Shown: one piece after another, positions 29,301 through 37,200 of the stretch | Position numbering within the stretch: the stretch's first letter is position 1 | Layout of the letters: each line of letters begins with the position of its first letter | Assembly (NCBI GenBank): GCA_031417555.1 | Contig: JANOVV010000028.1 | Span: forward strand, 77,984 to 141,983 | DNA: 64,000 bases | Direction of reading: 5' to 3' | From: Bacteroidota bacterium | Lineage (GTDB): Bacteria > Bacteroidota > Bacteroidia > AKYH767-A > 2013-40CM-41-45 | Made by a program: the position numbers and the translations under genes | Notes under the pieces: generated by a model | What the model was told of the DNA's origin: nothing | Seen by the model: only the letters and a program-made list of their open reading frames with translations | Database searches by the model: none

Positions 29301-30806
29301 TCTGGAGGTACAATTACAACAAACTACAATGTTTCTCCATACTCCGGTTCCCCTGGTTGTATTAGTAATCCTTTAATGGGAGATACAATAACATCAGGAG
29401 ATCAGGCGGCAAACGATTTAGCAGACGGTGGCGGTCGTCCGATAAGACCATTAATTTTCTTAACCGATCTTACTGTTAATGGTGCAAATAGCAGAATTGG
29501 CGACTGGCAACAAGGCGGAATTGGTATTTCTCCGACCGGTATATGTGGTTCCTGGAAAAGTGCAACTAAGCTAATTGATAAAACTAAAAACCCGCCTCTT
29601 GTAACTATTACAACTGATCCGAATCCTGCTAAAAATAATTGGAATCTTGGAAGTGGATCTGATACACCTGCTGAAGGATTTGCAAGCTTGAAAAATGAAG
29701 GTTATGGAACCGAAGTTTCATGGGATATCAATAGCCTGGGATTAATTCCGGGTCATGATTATCGTGTAGTGTTTATGGTTCACGATGGTGATCAAAATAA
29801 AACCGGGGGAGATGTAGGTGAGACTTGTACTACAATTCATATTCCTGATGGATTGTGTAATACATTTAACACACCTCCGCCACCACCTCCGCCATCTGAA
29901 AAAGTTTGTTACAAAGGAACTGCAAATACCTATGTAAGAGCAAGCCAATCATGGACAATTAATACAACTACGAATCAAGCAACCATTCGAACTACATTTT
30001 CAAAGAATTTTGTAGATAACACGTATGGTACTAATGCTATAAGCTGGCCTTCAGGACATACTTTTAGTAATCTGGTTGGTTCTGATCATGTTCAAATGGC
30101 ATTGTATGATGGTAACAACGTTAAGAAAATGGAATTCAAAGTAGATTATATTACTTCAAATAGTTCTGTTGCTTCAGGTTACAAATGTCTTGGAGTGGTA
30201 GGCGGTGAGGGTAGCATGTTATTAGGAAATGCATCTGATGTTGTTAGTGCAACAACTTCAATTGACCAAAACTTAAATACTTTTGGTTATGTATTAACTA
30301 CTAATTCTCCTGCGACAAACAGCAGCTATACTCCAAATGCAACGTATCCTAACTGGATTTATGATGTATGGTACGAAGTAACTGTTAATCTATCTGCATT
30401 TGGACCGGCCGGTTTCGGAAGACCACTTATAACGGCCATTCATGCAAGCCCAAGTAAGACAGGTAACAATACAGAGGTTATGGTAGATACAATTTGTGTA
30501 AATCCTCGACTTGCTTCCACTTCAGAAATGATTAACGAAAATAATTTAATGGTAAATGCTTACCCGAATCCATTTAGCACAAGTGCTATTATAGAATTCC
30601 ATACAAATGATAAAGCATCTCAGATTGTTCTGGAAGTTTATACACTCACAGGTGAAATAGTTACAACTCTGTTCAATGGTATTGCTGAGCCAGGTATTAA
30701 ATACAAATCGGAATTTAAAGGTGAGAATCTTCCAAATGGAATTTACATCTACCGATTGGAAAACGAAGATGGCATTGTCAATGGTAAATTGATATTAATG
30801 AAATAA
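20346..30806 (+). CDS. giant (3486 aa) T9SS type-A sorted cell-surface protein: ten or more N-terminal ~64-aa Cys-rich Ig-like repeats, about 90 tandem 24-25-aa two-Cys repeats, a unique C-terminal region, and a T9SS C-terminal domain
   Basis: N-terminal repeats C.ITG.S.IC.GG.T.LCAP.G...YSWSTGATTQCITV.S.GTYTVTV.NG.GC.S.CSK.VTV. Core repeats DDGNACTxDACNxxTGxxTHxxVNT. PPPPPPP linker. C-terminus ...YPNPFSTSAIIEF...NGIYIYRLENEDGIVNGKLILMK (Por_Secre_tail-like). Confidence 0.85.
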   Translation: MQKITTQLLFYCCEKRLTRTIPVILLLINFAINVPESFGQSQSISTPGVSIGGSSTTGSVSAGIPNCVPPICTISGSTSICPGTATTLCAPVGLAAYSWSTGSTAQCISVTTPGTYIVTITAVGGCTSTCNITVTTATAPISGSGSICSGGSTQLCSVAGASSYSWSTGATTQCITVTTAGTYSVTTCINGCYITSSKTVTVGSVSCSITGNSTICSGGSTSLCAPSGLSSYSWSTGATTKCITVSSAGTYTVTVSNGGCTSSCSKTVTVRPALNCTITGASSFCQGGSTQLCLPTGYQSYSWNTGATTRCITVTSAGTYYGNVNDGTCNKTCSKAVTVTSVNCSITGSSSICPGTTTQLCGPAGQSSYSWSTGSTSQCITVGSSGTYTLTVTNGGCTSSCSKTVTVGAISCSITGSSTICAGGSNQLCAPDGMATYSWSTGATTQCIIVNNSGNYSVTITNGSGCSSSCSKSVSLNNTLSCNITGTTAICPDGTTQLCAPAGMATYSWSTGATTQCIFVSSASTYTVTVTDGSGCNSTCSKSVTIINTDDGNACTIDACNQQTGGVTHTAVNTDDGNACTVDACNIQTGVITHTYASIDDGNPCTIDACNSLTGGVTHTAVNTDDGNACTIDACNIQTGVITHTAVNTDDGNPCTVDACNVQTGGITHTAVNTDDGNQCTIDACNSLTGGITHTAVNVDDANACTIDVCNSITGITHTAVSTNDNNACTYDGCDPVTGVFHNTINSDDNNPCTIDNCNSLTGITHTAVNPDDGNVCTTDGCNTATGVFHISVSVNDNNLCTIDGCDPITGIFHILKNTDDGNACTIDACNSVSGAITHVPVNINDNNACTTDACDPITGIITYVLVSTEDGNACTIDGCNSITGVTHVPVSTNDNNACTFDGCDPVLGVFHNTISSDDNNPCTLDNCNPVTGIFHTAVDPNDGNVCTTDGCNTATGVYHISVSVNDNNLCTIDGCDPVNGIFHILKNTDDGNACTIDACNSLTGAITHVPVVINDNNACTTDACDPATGVVTHIQLLTDDGNACTIDDCNIFTGVTHVPVSTNDNNACTFDGCDPVLGVFHNTISSDDNNPCTIDNCNVSTGVFHTPVNPDDANVCTTDGCNSITGVFHISLLTNDNNYCTIDGCDPITGIFHTPVNADDGNSCTEDNCIPANGSITHVPFNVNDNNPCTIDACNPAFGNITHVPVITDDGNPCTIDACNSFSGVVTHLAVIINDNNACTMDACDPFNGNITHMAVFIDDANACTNDFCNSITGGITHPAIIINDNNACTVDACDPATGNITHAQIITDDGNKCTIDACNSSTGAITHVVINPNDNNPCTVDACDPITGNITNIPGITDDGNACTIDACNPATGAVTHVVKDVDDNNACTVDACNPSTGNITHTLVITDDSNACTVDACNSATGAISHVVVDPNDNNACTVDACNPSTGNITHIQTITDDGNACTIDACNTETGAVTHVVKNVNDNNACTVDACNPSDGNITHTLIITDDGNKCTVDACNSATGAVTHVVKDVDDNNACTLDACDPSDGNITHTLGITDDGNACTVDACNSATGAVTHVVIDVDDSNACTEDACDPSNGNITHTLGITDDGNACTVDACNTATGAVTHMVIGVDDKNECTVDACDPANGNISHNAVITDDGNACTIDACNSATGAITHVVINASDDNACTIDACDPASGNITHITFNTNDGNACTIDGCNPLTGEFHIPVSTEDNNLCTFDGCDPVLGVFHNAVNSNDNNLCTADGCNSLTGIFHTTIDPNDNNVCTTDGCNTLTGVFHISALTNDNNACTIDGCDPITGIFHTLKNADDGNACTIDACNTATGAITHVVVVTNDNNACTVDACDPATGFITHNAISIDDGNACTADACNTTTGAITHVVANTNDNNACTIDACDPATGFITHAFINTDDGNACTTDACNSVTGSITHVPVNISDNNVCTTDACDPLTGFILHTTLNPDDGNVCTIDACNSITGITHVQVSSNDNNACTFDGCDPILGIFHNTISSDDNNPCTIDNCNSITGISHTTVNPDDGNVCTIDACNTITGVTHTSVATNDNNACTIDGCDPVTGIFHIAKNTDDGNACTVDACNTLTGAITHIVVNTNDNNACTVDACDPSTGFITHTAISINDGNACTVDACNSSTGDITHVLVNVNDGNACTLDACDPVTGFITHNAISINDGNACTVDACNSANGDITHVLVNVNDGNACTADICDPATGFITHPFINTDDGNACTVDACNSTTGAITHVVVNTNDNNACTIDACDPATGFITHTVINTDDGNACTIDACNSATGSITHVLVNINDNNACTTDACDPATGFITHTFLNPDDGNVCTIDACNSITGITHVQVSSNDNNVCTFDGCDPITGVFHNTISSDDNNPCTIDNCNSITGISHTSVNPDDGNVCTIDACNSITGVTHTSVATNDNNACTIDGCDPVTGVFHIAKNIDDGNACTADACNSATGAITHVFVNTNDNNACTVDACDPVTGIITHVVISIDDNNACTADACNSITGLVTHTNVITDDGNPCTNDVCNPFTGIITHTATITDDGNPCTIDACNSVTGGVTHTAVNTDDGNACTTDACNPATGAITHTAVNIDDSNPCTIDACNSVTGGITHTAVNTDDGNACTTDACNPSTGAITHIAVVTDDGNACTVDACNSSTGVITHTALNTDDGNACTTDACNPLTGAITHTAVVIDDNNACTVDACNSVTGVITHIANQPTTCTITGNSDICFSGNTTLSVSNVGSYLWSTGQTTSSITVTSAGLYSVIVTSNNGCSSTCSLTVTSHNCGITLRKTPDKCEFPDGVPTLVNFEYVVKNNLTSGFSASGILTDDNGTPLNKLDDVLVCNWGPIIPGDSTICYKAFTISSTYTNIAIASGTSGGASVSAIATATVKGVNCNCNLNYPDNSNLPRSAVIFNESEILRTSEPGPTSCATLGSKIKLWYNDEHAMLLGIKSVSVKTSGGTITTNYNVSPYSGSPGCISNPLMGDTITSGDQAANDLADGGGRPIRPLIFLTDLTVNGANSRIGDWQQGGIGISPTGICGSWKSATKLIDKTKNPPLVTITTDPNPAKNNWNLGSGSDTPAEGFASLKNEGYGTEVSWDINSLGLIPGHDYRVVFMVHDGDQNKTGGDVGETCTTIHIPDGLCNTFNTPPPPPPPSEKVCYKGTANTYVRASQSWTINTTTNQATIRTTFSKNFVDNTYGTNAISWPSGHTFSNLVGSDHVQMALYDGNNVKKMEFKVDYITSNSSVASGYKCLGVVGGEGSMLLGNASDVVSATTSIDQNLNTFGYVLTTNSPATNSSYTPNATYPNWIYDVWYEVTVNLSAFGPAGFGRPLITAIHASPSKTGNNTEVMVDTICVNPRLASTSEMINENNLMVNAYPNPFSTSAIIEFHTNDKASQIVLEVYTLTGEIVTTLFNGIAEPGIKYKSEFKGENLPNGIYIYRLENEDGIVNGKLILMK
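21990..28570 (+). repeat. ~6.6 kb of in-frame tandem 72-75-nt repeats (about 90 copies) encoding the DDGNxCTxDxC(N/D)xxTGxxTH unit
   Basis: Direct reading. Repeated ...gatgatggtaatgcttgtac...gatgcttgtaat... units. Neighbouring copies are often more than 85% identical. Confidence 0.9.
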
Positions 30807-30822
30807 CAACCATGAAACCCTG

Positions 30823-30857
30823 AAAAAATGCCTCCAATTTCGGAGGCATTTTTTTTG
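30823..30857 (+). terminator. rho-independent terminator of the giant gene
   Basis: aatgcctcc-aatttc-ggaggcatt followed by a T8 run. Confidence 0.8.
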
Positions 30858-32137
30858 TGGTATCTAGAATATGGCTGCGAGATTAAAACCGAAAAGTTCT
30901 CTAACAAGATGACAATTTCAAATGCTTATAGAGGGATGAGAATGTAATGCTAAAAGATGCTATGCATTTTTCAGAATGAAACTTTTAGCTTTACTTTTTT
31001 CCCTTCTTTTTTTAAACAACGGTCATCTCTTTAGAGAGCTTTTCGGTCAATTGTTAATGTCTTTTTAGCTTAATAATTTTTCAACTATTTTTGTTCAAAT
31101 AGTCTTTTTGTATTGTGTAGAATATTACTGCGAGATTAAAACCGAAAAGTTCTCTGGCGAGATGACAATTTCGTATGCTTATAGGGGGATGAGAATGTAA
31201 TGCTAAAAGATGCTATGCATTTTTCAGAATGAAACTTTTAGCTTTACCTTTATCCCCTTCTTTTTTTAAACAACGGTCATCTCTTTAGAGAACTTTTCGG
31301 TTAATTCGAAATGTCTCTTTAGCTTAATAATTTTGCAACTATTTTTGTTCACAATACCTTTTTTGTATTGTGTAGAATATTACTGCGAAATTAAAAACCG
31401 AAAGGTTTTCTGGCGAGATGACAATTTTGTAGACTTATTGGGGGATGAGAATGTAATGCTAAAAGATGCTATGCATTATTCAGAATGAAACTTTTAGCTT
31501 TACTTTTTTCCCTTCTTTTTTTAAACAACGGTCATCTCTTTAGAGAGCTTTTCGGTCAATTGGTAATGTCTTTTTAGCTTAATAATTTTTCAACTGTTTT
31601 TGTTCAAATAGTCTTTTTGTATTGTGTAGAATATTACTGCGAGATTAAAAACTTAAAGGTTCTCTGGCGAGCAATGTCATTAAGTTAAGCTACGGGTCAT
31701 GTTTTTTTTGCCACAAAAACACAAAAACACTAAAAAAAACAAAAATTAAATACCAACAATTTTGTGTCTTAGTGTTTTTGTGGCATTAGATCCTTAACTT
31801 AATGACATTGCTCTGGCGAGATGACAATTTCGTATGCTTATAGGGGGATGTGAGTGTAATGCTAAAAGATGCTAAGCATGTTTCAGAATGAAACTTTTAG
31901 CTTTACCTATTGCCCTCTTCTTTTTCTAAACATGGGTCATCTCTTTAGAGAGCTTTTCGGTTAATTAGAAATGTCTCTTAAGCTTAATAATTTTTCAACT
32001 ATTTTTGTCCACATTGCCTTTTTTGTATTGTATAGAATATTACTGCGAGATTAAAACCGAAAAGTTCTCTGGCGAGATGACAATTTTGTAGACTTATTGG
32101 GGGATGAGAATGTAATGCTAAAAGATGCTATGCATTA
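30858..32137. repeat. intergenic tandem array of five ~254-bp non-coding structured repeat units (period 253-257 bp, ~90% identity); the last unit is truncated and unit 4 is interrupted by a MITE
   Basis: Unit starts (tgcgagattaaaacc...) at 30876, 31129, 31384, 31638 and 32044. Each unit has a long-range inverted repeat ccgaaaagttctct..gagatgac /~140 nt/ gtcatctc..agagagcttttcgg and an inner hairpin gctaaaag...cttttagc. No ORF of 60 aa or more on either strand. Confidence 0.85.
31672..31810. mobile_element. 139-bp miniature inverted-repeat element (MITE) inserted into repeat unit 4
   Basis: Perfect 18-19-bp terminal inverted repeats (caatgtcattaagttaag ... cttaacttaatgacattg). Internal 13-bp hairpin (gccacaaaaacac/gtgtttttgtggc). 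Flanked by a 10-bp direct duplication ctctggcgag (31662-31671 and 31811-31820) that is present only once in uninterrupted units. Confidence 0.8.
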
Positions 32138-32154
32138 TACCCGATACTCGACTC

Positions 32155-32796
32155 TCACTTAAACCTCCCTTTAAACTCTCTTTTAAATTCCAGAAAATCC
32201 GGTATTGAAACATTTTTAACATAGGAATTGTCGGGATGATTTAAAATGTATTCCTGGTGGTAATCTTCTGCCGGATAAAATTTTGAAAAAGATTTTACCT
32301 CTGTAACAATTTTATCTGAATATTTTTTAGATTCTGATAAGCGTTTAATTTCAGATTCGATAATTTCTTTTTCTTTTTCATTGCGATAGAAAGCAACAGA
32401 ACGGTATTGTGTACCACGGTCGTTGCCTTGTCTGTTAAGTGTGGTAGGATCCATACTCGTAAAAAATGCAGAGACTAAGGTCGCATAAGTGATTTTTGAA
32501 GGATCGTAATATACCTGTACAACTTCAGCATGTCCCGTATTTCCATTGCATACATTTTCATAATTCGGATTAGGATCTGTTCCTCCTGAATAACCCGATA
32601 CGGCATCTCTTACACCTTCTAGGCTTTGAAAAACAATTTCCGAATGCCAGAAACACCCTTCACCAAAAGTTGCTATTGCTTCCTTAGAACCGGGATTGCC
32701 CTTGATGCCTGCTGGAATAGTTTCATTCTTAGTATGAGTTTGTGCACACGAATAAAAAGTGGCAAATGAAATTAATACTATCAATATACTTTTCAT
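32155..32796 (-). CDS. msrA: peptide-methionine (S)-S-oxide reductase MsrA with a signal peptide (periplasmic)
   Basis: GCFWHSE active-site motif (GCFW..E) and ...GYSGG.... N-terminal signal MKSILIVLISFATFYSCAQ. Confidence 0.85.
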   Translation of the reverse strand: MKSILIVLISFATFYSCAQTHTKNETIPAGIKGNPGSKEAIATFGEGCFWHSEIVFQSLEGVRDAVSGYSGGTDPNPNYENVCNGNTGHAEVVQVYYDPSKITYATLVSAFFTSMDPTTLNRQGNDRGTQYRSVAFYRNEKEKEIIESEIKRLSESKKYSDKIVTEVKSFSKFYPAEDYHQEYILNHPDNSYVKNVSIPDFLEFKREFKGRFK

Positions 32797-32821
32797 AATC
32801 TTAATTTTTTAAAATTGGTTT

Positions 32822-33358
32822 TTATTTAGAACTAACCGGAGGTTTTCCTCCTTCGGGAACAAAAATAAGTGCATCCGAATTCATGCAATATCTTTTACCG
32901 GTAGGAGCCGGGCCATCATCGAAAACATGACCGAGGTGTGAGCCGCTTTTACTGTCTACAACTTCTATACGTTCCATGCCTATACTCCCGTCTTTTATCA
33001 AACGAACTGCATCAGGGTTTATAGGTGAATAAAAACTTGGCCAACCTGTACCCGAATTAAATTTAGCTTCTGAACTGAATAATGGCTGCAAAGTAGCCGC
33101 TGAATAGTAGGTTCCTTTTTCGTAAAAGTGGTCGTATTTTCCTGTGCCCGGTCTTTCCGTTCCTTTATTCCTTAGTATATAATATTGTTTGTCTGTAAGT
33201 CTTGCTTTCCATTCAGCATCACTCATTTGCATCGGATAAATGGTTGTTTTTTCAGCAAGAGGAGGATCCGGATATTTTGCATTTTTAGATTGTGAAAATG
33301 AACAACTGTTATTTAGAAAAATAAATGCTGTTAAGAGAATGGATGTCAGTGTTTTCAT
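32822..33358 (-). CDS. msrB: peptide-methionine (R)-S-oxide reductase MsrB with a signal peptide
   Basis: ...GTGWPSF... and HLGHVFDDGP...RYCMNS motifs (catalytic Cys in RYCxN). Signal peptide. Confidence 0.85.
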   Translation of the reverse strand: MKTLTSILLTAFIFLNNSCSFSQSKNAKYPDPPLAEKTTIYPMQMSDAEWKARLTDKQYYILRNKGTERPGTGKYDHFYEKGTYYSAATLQPLFSSEAKFNSGTGWPSFYSPINPDAVRLIKDGSIGMERIEVVDSKSGSHLGHVFDDGPAPTGKRYCMNSDALIFVPEGGKPPVSSK

Positions 33359-33445
33359 TTGTTTTAGTTAGATGTACGAAGTAACGGAAAATCCGGTTTT
33401 TAATTTGTCGGCCAGCTTACTTATTTTCTGTATGATGGAATTGAA

Positions 33446-33524
33446 TACGGATTTTACGGATTTTACAGGTTTGCACGGATTTATCGGTGTAAACCCGTCT
33501 AATCTGTTAAATCCGTGTTCCATT
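33446..33524 (+). promoter_or_regulatory. cluster of ACGGAT/ATCCGT hexamer repeats ending in a 30-nt element (ccgtctaatctgttaaatccgtgttccatt) that recurs upstream of the tnaA-like gene
   Basis: tacggattttacggattttac...gcacggattt...ccgtctaatctgttaaatccgtgttccatt. 26/30 nt identical to 59857-59886. Confidence 0.4.
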
Positions 33525-34268
33525 AAACCAATACATAGCAAAAACAACCCTTTTTTAAAAAAATCCAGGATTCAGTTTTCCCTAAATTTTCATTATCGTT
33601 TGAATTAATTTTAATTTTCAGTCATTCAAAAAGAATTTTTCAAAAACTGTTTGAGTAGATCGTTTTTCGACAATTCATATAAAAGTAAATGTTAGAAAAT
33701 TATATTATTTGAAAGTATTGTGAAAGGATATGGCTACAAAAACTTTTCTTTTTACTTATTAATTGGAATTTGAAACTGTAATAAATTTAAAAAAATGCAA
33801 ATCACTTTTTTGCCTTTTTAAATCTCTGAAGATGTATTAAAGTGTAAGAAATGTAAAGCTTAGTGATATTTTCTGTGAGAATGGAAATATTTTATCGAAT
33901 AAAAACTGCTTTTAGTTTTCACGACAGCCTTGTTTAGTGTTAAATGGCTTAAATAGACTTCCAATTCTATTTTTCTACATGGTTCTATATTAGAAATTAC
34001 GTTTGTAATAAATGGCTTTTAATCGAGTTTTTAGGTTGCATCATTTGTCAGATACTGGCGTACATATCGATGAATTAGTGTTTTTTGAATGGACATACAT
34101 CCAAAATAAGGGACCATCTAAATAGCATTAATCGAAAGATAATAATAGAAAGTACTCTTCGCCGAAAACGAGAGAGTTATAAAGATTAAGGACATTATGC
34201 CCGAATCATTACATACATCAGTCAGACATTTATGTCAGGACATTAAAAGAAAGGCCTTCGTCGTCAAG

Positions 34269-37200
34269 ATGAAAAAGTTTTTCCTTTATTTTTCTGCCAT
34301 ACTTATGTTACTTTCTTTTGATGCAAAAGCAGCCAATGAAACATTTACTTCAGGTGCTTTTATTATCAACATGGGAGTAACACCTCAAACCGTTGCAAAT
34401 GGTTTGAAGCCTTATGGATTAATTTACGACCTGATTAAAAACAATGATGTACCTATTAAGTGGGTCATCGGACAATCAAAAGTTAAAGATGGAGTCGATT
34501 TTACATACAATGGTAATAGTTACCGCGGTGGTACATTTATTATTAACTCTGAATATAGAAGTGCTGCCGTAAATGCAAAGATCGCAGCATGGCAGGCAAA
34601 GGGCGTTGTTGGAGTTACAACTATAAGCCCAATGACATTAAATGTTACAGTTACATTACAGGCTGTTCCAAATTGGGCCATGGATGCTCAGAACGGAAAA
34701 ATAGCTATTGATTTTTTAATTGCAGCGGAAATTCCGGCATCTGCTTATTACTTTCGAACTCCTGCAACTCTTAATGCTTGTGATAATCTTTATGTAATGC
34801 CTCATGCAGATCCGAAGTGGTCAACTCACAGTAACCTTTATTTCTGGAATAAAAATAACAGAGGTGCTATCTGGGGCGGATGCCATGCAGTAAGTGTTAT
34901 GGAAGGTCCGAGTTGTGTCAACCCGGCGAATCCAACTCAGAATCTGAAATTTCTTACGACCGGTGGAATGGTTCCATTTGGTTCCCATGCAAATGGTACA
35001 CCGCCCTACAGCTATTCGAATTTAAGTGATCCGGTTTTTCAGTTTATGGGTTCTGAAGATGCGGCACACCAGGGCGGTTCTGAGCAAATTTACCTTCCAT
35101 TAAAAGCAGGAAGTACATGGAATCCAAGTGTGAAAATTGGTTGTTATGATCCGACACAATTTGATGTGCCTGCGAAATCTAATGGACCTGCAGTTCTAAC
35201 CGCATATGGATATGCATTTAATGATACTACACGTGGTGTGGTAATGTATGAAAGCGGACACAACATTGGTGGGACAGCACCGGAAAATGTGGCAGCACAA
35301 CGAATATTCTTTAACTGGTCATTTATCGGAGCTTCTAATAAAGAACCACGGGTAACATATTCGAATATTCCAACAAAGATGAATAGTAATGTACTGTATC
35401 CCAATTTTACGGCATCGGCAACTTCGCCGGTTGGATTAAGTGTATTCACCTATAAGTGGAGTTCTACCATTGGTGGTGTTTTTACTGCACCAACAAGTGC
35501 AGTTACAAATTATACAGCACCTGCAGTCGGTACGCCAACTATTGCAAAAATCATTTGTAAGGTTACCGATAATTGTGGGCGATATGCATTAACAGAGTTT
35601 AGTGTATTATTCATGCCGCCGCCTGCAGCTCCTGTTGCAGTTAATGATACAATTAGATTTCCAAATCTTTGCAGTGCATCCACACAAACTATTAATGTTC
35701 TTACGAATGATAATGACATTAATCTGGATATGACCACAACAATTTCTTTTTTGGGCGGTGGTAATCATGGAACTTTTACTAACAATGGAGGAGGAAGTGT
35801 TACATATACTCCGGGATGGCTCTTCCAGGGATCTGATACAATGAGGTACCAGGTATGTGATAGTACAGCACTTTGTCACCAGGCGACTATTGTTGTAACT
35901 ACAGGTTATACAGGGCCGTGTGCGATGACAACGTATCAAAGAACGGATACAGCACGGGCTGATACTGTACAATTTCAGCAAGGTATTGCAGGTCCAAATA
36001 GTTCACTTGGATATCCTGATGCAATCAACGGTAGTAATTCAAATACTGCAAGATGGGGAAGTGACAATGATTCATTAATATTAAGACTCGATAATCAGAT
36101 CAGTACCGGTGATACGGTTCAGTTCCGAATGGCCGCTGATAATAACAACTGTATTGATTTTACTCTAATGGGTTCACTTACCTCTGGTGGTTTTGTACCC
36201 GGTGTAAATTCATTAAATGGCACGATAGCTTCCAGTACCCAAAAAATATACAATTGGTATAATTTCATTGTTACCGGAAATACACGCTATGTAAAAATAC
36301 TTGTCAGGAATACAGCCTGTGACAATAAAATTGACCTTGATGCCATTCGTGCAAATTACCGTTACTGCACAAGTAATGTTCCTGTTGCAAATAAAGACAA
36401 TGCAACAACAGCAGCAAATGTTGCTATTACAACAAATGTAAAAACCAATGATACAGACCCTGCCGGTGGTGCACTTTCAGTAACAATTGTTGATGGTCCA
36501 AATAATGGAACTGCCGGTGTTAATGGAGCAGGAAATATTGTTTATACTCCGGACTCTGCTTTTTTCGGAGCGGATACCTTAATTTATAAGGTATGTAATT
36601 CAAGTTGCCTTTGTGATACTGCCTATGTAATTTATGATGTACAAACCCATCCACCTTGTGGAGCAGGAGTTCCTTCCTATTATAGAAATGGGAATGCAAC
36701 AAGTGTTCCTTCAAGTTTAGGCGTGACCAATCCAAACGGAGCAATTGGAATTCCTGACCAGGTTGACGGAGGTAATGGACAATCTGCAAAGATTAATAAT
36801 GTTGTCAATGATTATATCGTAATGGATCTCACAGATACTGTTTACTCCGGCGATACTGTTGTTGTTCGTATTGCTCCTGATAACAACAGTGCAAATACAA
36901 TAAGAGTACAGGCAAATCTAACTAATGCCTGGGGTTCACCTTCGACAAGTACAGATTTTAATTTACCTGCAGCTAATGGAAAAATTTATTCAAATTATAA
37001 TTTAATACTGACCGGCAATGCAAGATATATAAGAGTTATACAAATAACCACGACTAATAACGTAGATGTAGATGCGGTGAGTTACGATTACTGGTACTGT
37101 GGTATTATGCCAAATAATCCGCCCGTAGCCATAGATGATTCTGTAACTACAAATGTCAATAGAGCGGTGTTTAATAATGTAAAAGCAAATGATTCGGATC

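Noticed and set aside
30858-32137. CRISPR array hypothesis for the tandem intergenic repeats
   Set aside because: The repeats are ~254 bp, far longer than CRISPR repeats, and are contiguous without unique spacers. No cas genes lie nearby.
33372-33608. 78-aa ORF in the msrB/giant-gene intergenic region
   Set aside because: It overlaps the ATCCGT repeat cluster, has an odd composition and no start context, and is more plausibly regulatory DNA.
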